64,000 nt of DNA from an uncultured Oscillospiraceae bacterium (GCA_964558445.1 CAZLEA010000001.1:66236-130235); one strand, 5' to 3'. Numbered from the stretch's first letter, positions 9,231 to 18,886 are shown. Notes: generated from the sequence alone by a model not told the origin. Program-made: numbers and translations.

Positions 9231-9340
9231 TTATTCCGGTCTATACAATTCAGATCAAATTATCCTGCTACATTTGTCAGAATTATGTCTACAACGGGGG
9301 GAAGCACAAGTTGGGTCTACTCTAGGCAATCACATCTTAC

Positions 9341-10108
9341 TTAATTCGAGGGCGGCTGCGGCATCGTAGAGAAGTCCACTCCACTCGGTTCATTGGCCGT
9401 ACCGCCTTGGAGTTCGCCTGCTTCGTTATAGAAATTCAGTTTATCGGGCAGCTTGTAACCGTCCACGATGAAGAGGTATGCATCGTCATGTATCTCTGCA
9501 CGAATCTCTTCGCCATCGACGAAGAGGATGACATAATCAAGATCTACCTCGTGCGGCGTCTCCTCTCCTGTCAGCGCCTCATCCTTGACGATGCCCCAGA
9601 CGAAGGTCTGTTCATCTATGTAGTTGACTTGTAAGGAATAAAAGGGACTGGCTGGATATTCTCCATTGGCCAACCAGCGAATCTGTTCGTCCTCACCATG
9701 TTCGACAAGCAGGTAGTAGTCTGTATCCTTGTCCTTGAACTCAATATCTGCCGTGGTTCGGTAGATGGAGTATGGAGCGTCTGGGTGGCGGAATAACAAG
9801 GCCATCTGATCGTCTATGTCGGTCCACTCGCCGGGTGGCGTCAGTATATCCGTATCACTAGGGTCGGTCGATACAGAGGGTTCTGAAGTCTGTGAAGACG
9901 TCGGCACGGTCTCTGGAGAGGACGGCATCTCTGATTGAACGCTTGATTCAGAGGGCTGTGTCAGGTCTGCTGATGACGTTAACTCTGAGGTCGTGGAAGG
10001 GCTCGTCGTGGTCGTGTCTTGACAAGCAGCGAGCAAGAACATCAACTGAATCCCCACTACAAACAAAGCACTGTTTCGTAACGCCTTGGGAACTGAGAAC
10101 TTAAGCAT
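9341..10108 (-). CDS. hypothetical lipoprotein with a Ser/Thr/Pro-rich linker
   Basis: Signal peptide with lipobox (FLLAAC), then a roughly 70-aa S/T/P/E-rich low-complexity stretch and an acidic globular C-terminal domain. I recognise no family. Confidence 0.6.
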   Translation of the reverse strand: MLKFSVPKALRNSALFVVGIQLMFLLAACQDTTTTSPSTTSELTSSADLTQPSESSVQSEMPSSPETVPTSSQTSEPSVSTDPSDTDILTPPGEWTDIDDQMALLFRHPDAPYSIYRTTADIEFKDKDTDYYLLVEHGEDEQIRWLANGEYPASPFYSLQVNYIDEQTFVWGIVKDEALTGEETPHEVDLDYVILFVDGEEIRAEIHDDAYLFIVDGYKLPDKLNFYNEAGELQGGTANEPSGVDFSTMPQPPSN

Positions 10109-10287
10109 ATTAACACCTCCAAATTCAACAAATAGAAATTGTTCTCAAACGGCTATCTACCCTAATAATACATCTATTCAATCTACAACTCATTAACAAT
10201 TTGTGAATTAATTATCTGTTTTGAAGTGTCATTTCGCTATTTGTATCTACAAATAGCTCAGCAAGATGCCTATACCGATTGCACTTA

Positions 10288-11187
10288 CTACTCTTCTGCC
10301 ATGAACTCATCGAAGTAGGGGTAGAACTCACCGTCCAGGAAACGACCCTCTTCTATCATCTGGCGAATCGTTGTTTGATCTGCCCACATCGCATCTGTTG
10401 TCTCGTTTAGCTGGAAGCGAAGGTCGGCGAGCTCGCCTGCCCAAGGGAAGACCCAGACATCTTGGATCCAGCCACCGCGCTCCTCACGCCAGCGAAATAG
10501 GCGTTTGAACAAGCGTCCTTCTGCCGGATCGAGCTCGATGCCAAGCTCTTCTCTGGTCTCTCGTAGCGCTGCCCCGAGGCTGTCATCGCCTGCGACCGCA
10601 ACGCCTCCGGTCGTCTCCCAGAAGCCGTCACTGCTAGATCCTCTGCCCAGGGCACGCCTGTTGATGAGCCATCTCCCCTTCCCATCGGTCTTCCAGACAT
10701 TTACAACCAGGTGATAGAGGCCGTCATCGATTCTTCTGCCACGCTCGGCATAGAGCCCCGTGAGACGCCCCTCGCGGTCATAGAGATCCATAATCTCAAG
10801 CGGGCGATACAGTAGCTTCGTGTAGGGCTTGCCATCCAATACCTGTTCTTCCTTAGCGGGCACGAAACCATAGCTTAAGAAGAAGGCAGTTGATACTTGA
10901 TCAGGCAAGACGAAGAGTTCATCTATACCTCGAAGTTTCAGCGCACATACAATGCGGTCCATCAGCTTCTCGGCTAAGCGATCGTCATAGTCACGGTGGA
11001 TGCTGAGGCTAGAGATACGACCGTCTCCATGTCCGGTGACAAGTCCGCAGAGCTTGTCGGACGAATACGCACCAAACAAGACGGCGTCTTCTTGCGCTGT
11101 GGCATCCGAGGATGGCAGATAGCAACGATCCAACCCCTCAGACTCCGGATTCGTTTGTAGGTCGATCTGTTTGATGAGTAGATTCAT
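10288..11187 (-). CDS. GNAT-like N-terminal domain fused to a NUDIX hydrolase domain
   Basis: Nudix box GGVAVAGDDSLGAALRETREELGI in the C-terminal half. The N-terminal roughly 125 aa has GNAT-like topology (LSIHRDY...LFVLPDQVSTAFFLSYGF) but lacks the Q/RxxGxG/A loop. Confidence 0.7.
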   Translation of the reverse strand: MNLLIKQIDLQTNPESEGLDRCYLPSSDATAQEDAVLFGAYSSDKLCGLVTGHGDGRISSLSIHRDYDDRLAEKLMDRIVCALKLRGIDELFVLPDQVSTAFFLSYGFVPAKEEQVLDGKPYTKLLYRPLEIMDLYDREGRLTGLYAERGRRIDDGLYHLVVNVWKTDGKGRWLINRRALGRGSSSDGFWETTGGVAVAGDDSLGAALRETREELGIELDPAEGRLFKRLFRWREERGGWIQDVWVFPWAGELADLRFQLNETTDAMWADQTTIRQMIEEGRFLDGEFYPYFDEFMAEE

Positions 11188-12097
11188 GCTTCCAAGCCTC
11201 TTTTAAATTATTACGATCACGCAGCAGTGCGTGTAGTACGGCACCCAGGAGAAGTGCGTAGGTACAGACATAGAGCCAGAGCATCAAGATCACGACACCG
11301 GTCAAGCTACCGTAGAACGTGAGGGCGGCAGAGCGCGACACGTAGAGCGAGAAGATAGCGGATAAGATAACCCAGCTCAATGCGGCAAGCGATGAGGCCA
11401 AGAGCGCATGTCGAAGCTTCGTCTTCCTAGCAGCAGAGAAATAATAGATCAAGAAGAAGGTTAGATTTAGTATCGTGAAGCCGGTACCGAAGCTGATCAG
11501 GCGAATGAGGCTACGATTATGAATCACAAGTCCCGTCCAGTCCGTCAAGCGAGACATCAAGGCATCACTAAACGCTAAGACGATCATGACGATAACCATG
11601 AATAACGCCGCTACAACGGTCATAAACAGGGACAAAATACGAGAAACGAAGAAGATGCTTCGCTTCGGCTTCGTATTATAAATCTGTCTCATGCTTAGAA
11701 TAATGGCATTGATGCCCTTAGACGCTGCCCAGACAAGCGAGGCGATACTTACAGAGATGGCAGAGATCGAACCTGCTCCCTTCGCTTCGCGATAAATACT
11801 GTTGAAGAATTCGAGCACCGGTTCCGGGAAGAAGTCGGCAAGATCAATAGATTTACTGACCACTTGTAAGAGGTTATCCCCGAACAACAAGACGACACTG
11901 AGTAGCAGAATCAAGAACGGGAAGATCGCGAATACCATGAAATACGAGATACTAGATGCCATGCGACTAAGCCGTAAGCGCGCCAAACGAAGCGGCAGTC
12001 CGATCCAGGTGGAACCGTCGGCCTCCGCGTTCAAGAAGCGCTCTCTGTCTATATCGAGGCGCTCAACATATTTCTTTATACCTCGTTTATCCGTCAT
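11138..12097 (-). CDS. YihY/BrkB (ribonuclease BN-like) family membrane protein
   Basis: Six hydrophobic segments, 319 aa, with a family-typical N-terminal region and C-terminal LLGAVL. It overlaps the next gene by 50 nt. Confidence 0.65.
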   Translation of the reverse strand: MTDKRGIKKYVERLDIDRERFLNAEADGSTWIGLPLRLARLRLSRMASSISYFMVFAIFPFLILLLSVVLLFGDNLLQVVSKSIDLADFFPEPVLEFFNSIYREAKGAGSISAISVSIASLVWAASKGINAIILSMRQIYNTKPKRSIFFVSRILSLFMTVVAALFMVIVMIVLAFSDALMSRLTDWTGLVIHNRSLIRLISFGTGFTILNLTFFLIYYFSAARKTKLRHALLASSLAALSWVILSAIFSLYVSRSAALTFYGSLTGVVILMLWLYVCTYALLLGAVLHALLRDRNNLKEAWKHESTHQTDRPTNESGV

Positions 12098-12111
12098 ACC
12101 TTTCAGTTCCG

Positions 12112-12639
12112 TCAGAGCTTCGCAAGATCCGCAAGCGGCCTCACTACCAGATTCTCATAACGACGATAGCGATAAGTCAAACCACTGGCTTCGTCTAGCA
12201 TCGGCTCGGATTCGGATATCAGCTTCCAGCGATCCAATCGGTCGAAATTCGGGATGAAGTGCTCCGGTCCATCAAAGGCATGCTCGATGTACGTGATCTC
12301 TGCATGAGAACAAAACGATTCCAGCGCTGTATAGAGCGAAGCACCACCGATCAAGACCAGATCATCGGTGTCTTCTTGTTCCAAGACGTGTGCCAATTCC
12401 TCGTAATCCGTACAGAGCTCGTAATCCTCGCCTCGATCCATCGTACGGCTGAGCACAATATTCCTGCGCTTGGCAAGCGGTCTCCCACCGGGGAAGCTCG
12501 CCATAGTCTTGCGTCCATAAATGAGGATCTTACCCATCGTCAGTTCACGGAAGCGCTTCAGATCCGCGGAGATGGAGATGAGCATGTCCGTACCACGACC
12601 GATCGCCCAATTCCGATCGACTGCAACTATTAATTCCAT
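12112..12639 (-). CDS. folA: dihydrofolate reductase
   Basis: LIVAVDRNWAIGRGTDML...DLKRFRELTMGKILIYGRKT...RRNIVLSR and LIGGASLY are DHFR motifs. It lies directly downstream of thyA. Confidence 0.9.
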   Translation of the reverse strand: MELIVAVDRNWAIGRGTDMLISISADLKRFRELTMGKILIYGRKTMASFPGGRPLAKRRNIVLSRTMDRGEDYELCTDYEELAHVLEQEDTDDLVLIGGASLYTALESFCSHAEITYIEHAFDGPEHFIPNFDRLDRWKLISESEPMLDEASGLTYRYRRYENLVVRPLADLAKL

Positions 12640-12651
12640 ATCACCCTCCCC

Positions 12652-13482
12652 TTAGATCGCAACCGGGAAACGGCCCACACCGGGACCGTGCTCGTAGCCT
12701 TCGAGGCGGAAACTATCGACGGTGAAATCGTAGAAATCAGTGACATTCGGGTCGATAATAAGCTTGGGTGCGCTGTGCGCTTCTCGGGTCAACAGTTCTT
12801 CTACAATCGGTATATGACGATCATAGATATGCGCGTCCGCGATAACGTGTACGAGTTCGCCGGCCTCAAGCCCGCTAACCTGTGCAAACATATGGACCAA
12901 GACGGCATACTGGCAGACGTTCCAATTGTTCGCAGCCAGCATATCCTGAGATCGTTGGTTCAAGATCGCATTTAGCTTATTACCGCTCACGTTGAAGGTC
13001 ATGCTATAAGCGCAAGGGTAGAGCGCCATCTCGTGCAAATCTTCGAAATTATACAAATTAGTCATGATACGACGACTCGCGGGGTTATGCGACAGGTCGA
13101 AGAGCACGCGATCGACTTGGTCGAACTCGCCTTCACGATACTTGTGCTTCACGCCTAGTTGGTAGCCATAAGCCTTACCGATCGAACCGGTCTCATCAGC
13201 CCATTGGTCCCAGATCTTGGAATTCAAATCGTTGATATTATTCGACTTCTGCTGCCATATCCAGAGCAACTCATCTACGAGGGCGCGAAAGTTAATCTTG
13301 CGAAGTGTCAAGATGGGGAACTCCTCAGCCAAATTATATCGATTCACGATACCGAATTGTTTCACCGTATGGGCCGGCACGCCGTCTTCCCAACGGGGAC
13401 GAACATCTTGATCTTCATCCGTCACTCCGTTCGCTAATATATCCTTGCAATTCGCAATGAATTGCTCATCTACTAAGCTCAT
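12652..13482 (-). CDS. thyA: thymidylate synthase (ThyA type)
   Basis: LLWIWQ, RRIMTNLYN, ALYPCAYSMTFNV, LNQRSQDM and HIYDRH are ThyA blocks. Confidence 0.92.
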   Translation of the reverse strand: MSLVDEQFIANCKDILANGVTDEDQDVRPRWEDGVPAHTVKQFGIVNRYNLAEEFPILTLRKINFRALVDELLWIWQQKSNNINDLNSKIWDQWADETGSIGKAYGYQLGVKHKYREGEFDQVDRVLFDLSHNPASRRIMTNLYNFEDLHEMALYPCAYSMTFNVSGNKLNAILNQRSQDMLAANNWNVCQYAVLVHMFAQVSGLEAGELVHVIADAHIYDRHIPIVEELLTREAHSAPKLIIDPNVTDFYDFTVDSFRLEGYEHGPGVGRFPVAI

Positions 13483-13575
13483 ATATAAATCCGCCTCTCA
13501 AACTTCAGTTCTGCATGTTGTTTATTATAACAGTTGTTATCCAAAGCAATAGTGTAGGCGGTTTCGCAAGGTAGC

Positions 13576-14238
13576 TCAAACTGTGATCAGCGCCTTGATC
13601 TGATTGAATCTGGCCTCCTTGATGCCGGATACTTGCATGATATCTTCAATAACAAGGAAGGGGCCTGAGGCCTCCCGCCAGGCAACAATCGCCTTGGCCG
13701 TAGCCGCACCGATTCCGGGCAGAGTCTCCAGTTCACTCTCGCTTGCCGTATTGATATTGATCAGACCGGCTTCGGTATCCCCTTCTGCATTCTCCTCCGG
13801 CGATGTCGGCCAGCTCCCTTCCAAGACCTCATCTTGATAGGGGATCCGGTGCATCTCATTGGCTCTGACGGGCGCGGCCAAATTCACGTAATCCGTTGCC
13901 GCGTCTGCATGTAGGCCTCCCGCGAGCGAGACAAGATCCGCGACGATAGCCCCCGGTTCCAGATAGTAGACACCCGGTCGTACGATTGCACCGGTGATAT
14001 AAGCGGGATACAACGCGGTAGACGAAGGCTCAGTTGCTTGAACTTGATCGACCGAGGCATCTGCGGTCGATTCGCTCGTCTGCGGTTCGGAAGACTGTAC
14101 GGGTTCGAGGCGAATCAACTCCGGACGAAGTTCGGGCCAGAGCAGGCTCATGAGTAATACCAACAAGAGCAAGAGGGCCAAGCTCAATATCAGCTTGGGT
14201 ATATGCTGCCTCAACCATTCGAGTCGATTCTCTGTCAT
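13576..14238 (-). CDS. comEA: ComEA family DNA-binding competence protein (TM + SLBB + HhH)
   Basis: N-terminal TM segment. C-terminal ININTASESELETLPGIGAATAKAIVAWRE..GPF..IEDIMQVSGIKEARFNQIK is a helix-hairpin-helix pair. Confidence 0.85.
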   Translation of the reverse strand: MTENRLEWLRQHIPKLILSLALLLLLVLLMSLLWPELRPELIRLEPVQSSEPQTSESTADASVDQVQATEPSSTALYPAYITGAIVRPGVYYLEPGAIVADLVSLAGGLHADAATDYVNLAAPVRANEMHRIPYQDEVLEGSWPTSPEENAEGDTEAGLININTASESELETLPGIGAATAKAIVAWREASGPFLVIEDIMQVSGIKEARFNQIKALITV

Positions 14239-14280
14239 CCTTGGCCTCCTGTCCTTCTCAATCGGATACAGTCAGCATAG

Positions 14281-14310
14281 AACAAAAGCAGCCGTATAAT
14301 ACGACTGCTT
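14281..14310 (-). terminator. rho-independent terminator after rsfS
   Basis: Minus strand reads GCAGTCGTA-TTA-TACGGCTGC followed by TTTTGTTCT. Confidence 0.55.
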
Positions 14311-14343
14311 CTCATGGTTAATCATGATTCTTCACCCAAACGA

Positions 14344-14757
14344 CTAATCCTCGTCCTCATCTGAATCGGTAGAGGCAGGGGCCGGCTCTTCGTGCGCCCA
14401 GAGCTTATCCAAGCTATAGTAAGCCCGTTCTTCGGGATGGAAGAGATGGACGACAACGTCGCCGTAATCGAGCAGAATCCAGCGCACGGTATCGAGACCC
14501 TCTGTTCGAATCGGCTTACGTCCGTACTGCTCCTCGATCTCTTCGATCAGATGCTCGGAGATACTGCGCCCCTGGGGTGTAGATTGAACGGTGCCCAAAA
14601 TGAAGTAATCAGCAAGGCTACTGCGCTCCGTAATCGGGATCAAGCTGACATCTTCTGCCTTGCGCTCCTCGAGTATGGTCTTCATGTCCGCTGCCATCTT
14701 CGTAGCGGGGATATCTGCTTCGTTTATAGGTTGATTGGTCTCTTTGTCATTCGCCAA
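14344..14757 (-). CDS. rsfS: ribosome silencing factor RsfS (iojap-like)
   Basis: LADYFILGTVQSTPQGRSI...WILLDYGDVVVHLFHPEERAYYSLDKLW is the RsfS signature. Confidence 0.9.
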   Translation of the reverse strand: MANDKETNQPINEADIPATKMAADMKTILEERKAEDVSLIPITERSSLADYFILGTVQSTPQGRSISEHLIEEIEEQYGRKPIRTEGLDTVRWILLDYGDVVVHLFHPEERAYYSLDKLWAHEEPAPASTDSDEDED

Positions 14758-14803
14758 GATTTGATCCTGCCTTTCATCATCTTCGTTTATTCTAACTGTA
14801 ATC

Positions 14804-16015
14804 TTATAATTTGTCTTCGCTCCTGGCTACACGCTTACGCAGATCTGAGAGTGCTCTCAGGCTTGCAGCTTCCGGTACGTAGTCCATCCGCCGGTTGAAC
14901 GCTTCGACCGCTTCCAGACAAGCGAGCGTGGCGCGATCGAGGTCCTCGGTTGCGTACTGCCGGATCGGACCCAAGTCAGAGAACTGTCTGCTCGGTTCCG
15001 CCTTGTCGGCGACAAACAAGACCTTGGCCAGATCCGATGCATCGGCATCGAGTGTCGTATGCAGGCGAACCGCCTCCAAGATCTCGGGATCGTCGATGCC
15101 AAGTTGCTCACGAATCATGGTGACTGCAGCCGGTGCGTGTAAGAATGCAACCGAACCGTTCCAGTGTTCCGGTACATCAACACTCTTCTCCCAAAGCTCT
15201 TGAGCATCCGTCTCACGGCCGATATCGTGTGCCAAGGCAGCAAGCGCTGCCCGGTCCGGATCCACATCGAAGCGAAGCGCAAGCGAAACCGCATAATACA
15301 TCGTATCCAGGCTATGAATCAGGCGCTTCAAGCTCAGACGCTCAAACAATATCGTCTCGATCTCGGCCAAGCGGTGAATCGTCTCGGTGCGAAGGGCCTT
15401 CATAACCGGCTCCTTCTCGTAGAGGTGATGCAGTGAGATGAAGTCTCTTACTGCAGGCGGCAGCATCAAGTCCTCATCGCGGCGGCCCGATACCAGAGCT
15501 TGTCGGATCTCGGTCGAGGAGATATCGAGCGCATCGATCTCATAGAGTTCGATTGACGCACCGAAGTCACGGCGCAAGATCTCCGCGCGCGCCCTAGCTT
15601 CTCTAAGGTCGACACCGGGTCTTACGAACCCCGCGATCTTCATGATTTGAAGCAACTGCTTCGCTTCATACCAGAGGTGAATCTGCAAGACTACATCGAG
15701 ACCGCAGATCAAGTAGATTTCGTCTTCATCCGCCAAGCCCAACCGAATCTCTTGAACCGTCTCGAGCGTATATGACGGCCCGCGACGAAGCATCTCGATC
15801 GTAGACAGATCGATCGCGTCTTCACCCTCGAGCGCAAGCTTCGTCATCGCGTAGCGATACGTCATCAAGGTGACATCGTGCGTCTTGTGATAGGGATGAC
15901 CGGCAGGCATGACCAACACGCGGTCAAGATCCAGCGTCTCCTTGGCCATCCTCAGCAAGCGCACATGACCCATATGGATGGGATCGAACGTTCCCCCGAA
16001 ATACCCAAGCTTCAT
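14804..16015 (-). CDS. nadD: nicotinate-nucleotide adenylyltransferase fused to a YqeK-type HD phosphohydrolase
   Basis: N-terminal GYFGGTFDPIHMGHV (NadD HxGH-type motif). The C-terminal half carries RLIHSLDT, LAHDIGRE and FVADKAEPSR (HD-domain YqeK). A single 403-aa ORF. Confidence 0.85.
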   Translation of the reverse strand: MKLGYFGGTFDPIHMGHVRLLRMAKETLDLDRVLVMPAGHPYHKTHDVTLMTYRYAMTKLALEGEDAIDLSTIEMLRRGPSYTLETVQEIRLGLADEDEIYLICGLDVVLQIHLWYEAKQLLQIMKIAGFVRPGVDLREARARAEILRRDFGASIELYEIDALDISSTEIRQALVSGRRDEDLMLPPAVRDFISLHHLYEKEPVMKALRTETIHRLAEIETILFERLSLKRLIHSLDTMYYAVSLALRFDVDPDRAALAALAHDIGRETDAQELWEKSVDVPEHWNGSVAFLHAPAAVTMIREQLGIDDPEILEAVRLHTTLDADASDLAKVLFVADKAEPSRQFSDLGPIRQYATEDLDRATLACLEAVEAFNRRMDYVPEAASLRALSDLRKRVARSEDKL

Positions 16016-16032
16016 TACGATATCTGTAGTTC

Positions 16033-17310
16033 CTATTCTAGTATCGGCTTACGTCTGCCGATATCGCGACGCAGCATCTTATCTCGGAAATCAATCTTAT
16101 CCGCTTCCCGATAGCATACCTCAATAGCCTCCGTCACCGTGGGCGCAGACGCTACAACCGCCAGGACTCTGCCACCTGCCGTCAAGACTTGTCCGTTTGT
16201 ACCGGCAACCGTACCGGCCTCATAGACATCTGCATACAAGACATCTTGGAGGCCCGTAATCTCATAGCCCTTCTCATACGCTCCCGGATATCCGCCGGAG
16301 GCGAGTACGACACAGGCAGTCGCTTCCTTCTTCCAGGAAATATTGATATTCGCCAAGCGCTGATTCACGATGGCCTGGACAATCTCTAGCAAATCCGTCT
16401 CCAGTAGCGGCATTAGTGTCTGACACTCCGGATCCCCGAATCTGGCATTGTACTCGATTACCTTGACGCCATCTGCCGTCTTCATGAGGCCGAAGTAGAT
16501 CACGCCGCGATAATCGATCCCCCGCAGGCGAAGCCCCTCTAGCGTCGGCCTTACAATCTCCTCTTCAATCACGCGAAGTTCATCGGGGTGAAGTTCAATG
16601 CCGGGCGAGATCGCGCCCATACCACCGGTATTCGGTCCCAGGTCGTTATCGTAGGCCTGCTTGTGATCCTGTGCGGTCGGCATCAGGCTATAACTCAGTC
16701 CGTCGGTGAAGGCCATGAGCGTGAACTCTTGACCCACGAGGAAGGTCTCGAATAACAAGGTCTTCCCCGCTTCACCGTGTATAGCGTCCTTCATCATCTG
16801 CTCACAGGCTTCTAGGAGATCTTCTCGGGTGTGACAGATCACGACGCCTTTGCCGAGAGCCAGACCATCCGCCTTCACCACATGGGGTAGCGGACATGTC
16901 TTCGCGTAAGCGACCGCTTCTTCGTATGAGTGGAAGACCTCGGATTGGGCAGTCGGGATACGCATCTGGCGCATCAGTTCCTTGGCAAAGGACTTGCTCG
17001 CCTCCAGCTGTGCCGCCTTCGCCTTCGGCCCGAAGGCAGCAATACCCAGCGATTCCAAACGATCGACCAGACCCATCGCCAGCGGATCGTCCGGTGCAAC
17101 GAAGACCAGATCGACCGCCAGCGTCTTGGCCAGCGAGACGATACCCTCGAGATCCGTCGCGGCGACAGGGAAACAGCTACCGTATTGAGCGATGTTCCGA
17201 TTCCCGGGCGCGGCATAGAGCTTGTTGATACGCTTGCTCTCGGCCAGTTTCTTGGCCAAGGCGGCTTCGCGGCCGCCTCCGCCGATTAATAAGACATCCA
17301 TAGACTTCAT
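16033..17310 (-). CDS. purD: phosphoribosylamine--glycine ligase
   Basis: MDVLLIGGGGREAALAKKL, VVKADGLALGKGV and NARFGDPE are PurD motifs. Start set at MKSMDV (17310) with a GAGG SD, 13 nt after the purH stop. Confidence 0.92.
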   Translation of the reverse strand: MKSMDVLLIGGGGREAALAKKLAESKRINKLYAAPGNRNIAQYGSCFPVAATDLEGIVSLAKTLAVDLVFVAPDDPLAMGLVDRLESLGIAAFGPKAKAAQLEASKSFAKELMRQMRIPTAQSEVFHSYEEAVAYAKTCPLPHVVKADGLALGKGVVICHTREDLLEACEQMMKDAIHGEAGKTLLFETFLVGQEFTLMAFTDGLSYSLMPTAQDHKQAYDNDLGPNTGGMGAISPGIELHPDELRVIEEEIVRPTLEGLRLRGIDYRGVIYFGLMKTADGVKVIEYNARFGDPECQTLMPLLETDLLEIVQAIVNQRLANINISWKKEATACVVLASGGYPGAYEKGYEITGLQDVLYADVYEAGTVAGTNGQVLTAGGRVLAVVASAPTVTEAIEVCYREADKIDFRDKMLRRDIGRRKPILE

Positions 17311-17323
17311 CCCTAACCTCTTC

Positions 17324-18886
17324 TCAGTGCTTGAAGTGGCGTTTGCCACTGAAGTACATGGGCAGACCATGCACGTTACAAGCATCGATCGAATCTTGAT
17401 CCCGAAGCGAACCGCCGGGCTGGACGATCATGGCCACACCGGCCTTGGCCGCAGCTTGTATGCTGTCGTCAAACGGGAAGAACGCATCGGAGGCCAAGAT
17501 TGCCCCCTTCGCCTTATCACCTGCCTGGGCGACCGCAATCTCGAGCGCCGTGATCCGGTTCACTTGCCCGGGGCCAACGCCGACAGTCTGCTTATTCTTG
17601 ACGAGGCAGATCGCGTTCGATTTGATATGCTTCACGACCTTCATGCCGAAGATGGCATCTTCGAGGTCATCGTTCGACGCCGCGGTATTGGTTACAAGCG
17701 AGAGCTGTTCTCTGCTAAACGGTGCCAGATCGACGTCTTGTACGAGCAGGCCGTCATAGACGGACTTCACGGCAACTGTCCCCTCTACATACGGGGTAGC
17801 GGCACCATGCAATTCCATCAGGCGAATATTCTTCTTCGCGCTGAGGATCTCGAAGGCACCGTCTTCGTATGCCGGTGCGATGATCAACTCCAAGAAGATC
17901 TTGGCCATCTTCTCGGCCATCTGCTTCGTGACCGGGCGATTGATCGCCACGATACCGCCGAAGATCGAGACAGAATCCGCTTCGTAAGCTCTGTCCCAGG
18001 CTTCATCGATCGAGTCGGCACTTGCGATCCCACAGGGGTTGGCATGCTTCACCGCGACAACGGTCGGCTCATCGGAGAATTCCTTTAGCATCGCAAGCGC
18101 GGCATCCGCATCACCGATGTTGTTGTAGGACAAGGCCTTACCGTGTAGTTGCTTGGCAGCCGGCAGCGATCCCTCGTGCAATTCGACTTGGCGGTAGAAG
18201 GCAGCTGTCTGATGGCTGTTCTCCCCGTAGCGAAGCTCGTCGTTCTTCTCGTACGTGAGCGTAAGCTCATTCGGATACTTCGGCAATTGAGGACCGTCTG
18301 TCTTCTTGGTCTCTTCGGTCAGGTAAGATGCGATCAGTGCATCGTATGCTGCTGTGTGCGAGAAAACCTTCGTTGCCAGATAGAGCCTGGTTGCATCTTC
18401 GGTCCTACCTTGATCCGCCAGCTCTGTCAGGACCAGAGAGTAATCCGCCGGATCCGTGATCACCGTCACCGACGCGTGGTTCTTGGCCGCTGCACGCAGG
18501 AGTGTCGGTCCGCCGATATCGATGTTCTCGATCGCGTCTGCGAAGCTTACGCCCGGTTTCCTGATCGTCTCCTTGAACGGATAGAGGTTTACGATCACCA
18601 GATCGATTGGCTGTATGTCTGCCTCCTCCAAGAACGCCATGTGCTCCGGTAAACGGCGATCCGCCAGGATGCCGGCATGGACGTTCGGATGCAGTGTCTT
18701 CACACGCCCGTCCAAGCACTCGGGGAAGCTTGTAATCTCGCTGACATCCGTCACCTGAAACCCATGTTTGCGAAGAAACGATGCAGTTCCGCCGGTCGAC
18801 AGTAAGTCGATCCCCTGGGCAACGAGGCCTGCTGCCAGCTCAGCCAAACCCGTCTTATCAGATACACTCAATAACGCTCTAGACAT
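17324..18886 (-). CDS. purH: bifunctional AICAR transformylase / IMP cyclohydrolase
   Basis: ALLSVSDKTGL, GRVKTLHP.VH.GIL, VVVAVKHANPCG and IVQPGGS..D are PurH motifs. Confidence 0.95.
   Translation of the reverse strand: MSRALLSVSDKTGLAELAAGLVAQGIDLLSTGGTASFLRKHGFQVTDVSEITSFPECLDGRVKTLHPNVHAGILADRRLPEHMAFLEEADIQPIDLVIVNLYPFKETIRKPGVSFADAIENIDIGGPTLLRAAAKNHASVTVITDPADYSLVLTELADQGRTEDATRLYLATKVFSHTAAYDALIASYLTEETKKTDGPQLPKYPNELTLTYEKNDELRYGENSHQTAAFYRQVELHEGSLPAAKQLHGKALSYNNIGDADAALAMLKEFSDEPTVVAVKHANPCGIASADSIDEAWDRAYEADSVSIFGGIVAINRPVTKQMAEKMAKIFLELIIAPAYEDGAFEILSAKKNIRLMELHGAATPYVEGTVAVKSVYDGLLVQDVDLAPFSREQLSLVTNTAASNDDLEDAIFGMKVVKHIKSNAICLVKNKQTVGVGPGQVNRITALEIAVAQAGDKAKGAILASDAFFPFDDSIQAAAKAGVAMIVQPGGSLRDQDSIDACNVHGLPMYFSGKRHFKH

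Noticed and set aside
8675-10287. Possible integrated element at tRNA-Pro (AT-rich flanks, hypothetical lipoprotein).
   Set aside because: There is no integrase, recombinase or phage gene, and I could find no duplicated tRNA 3' segment. The neighbouring genes are ordinary chromosomal types.
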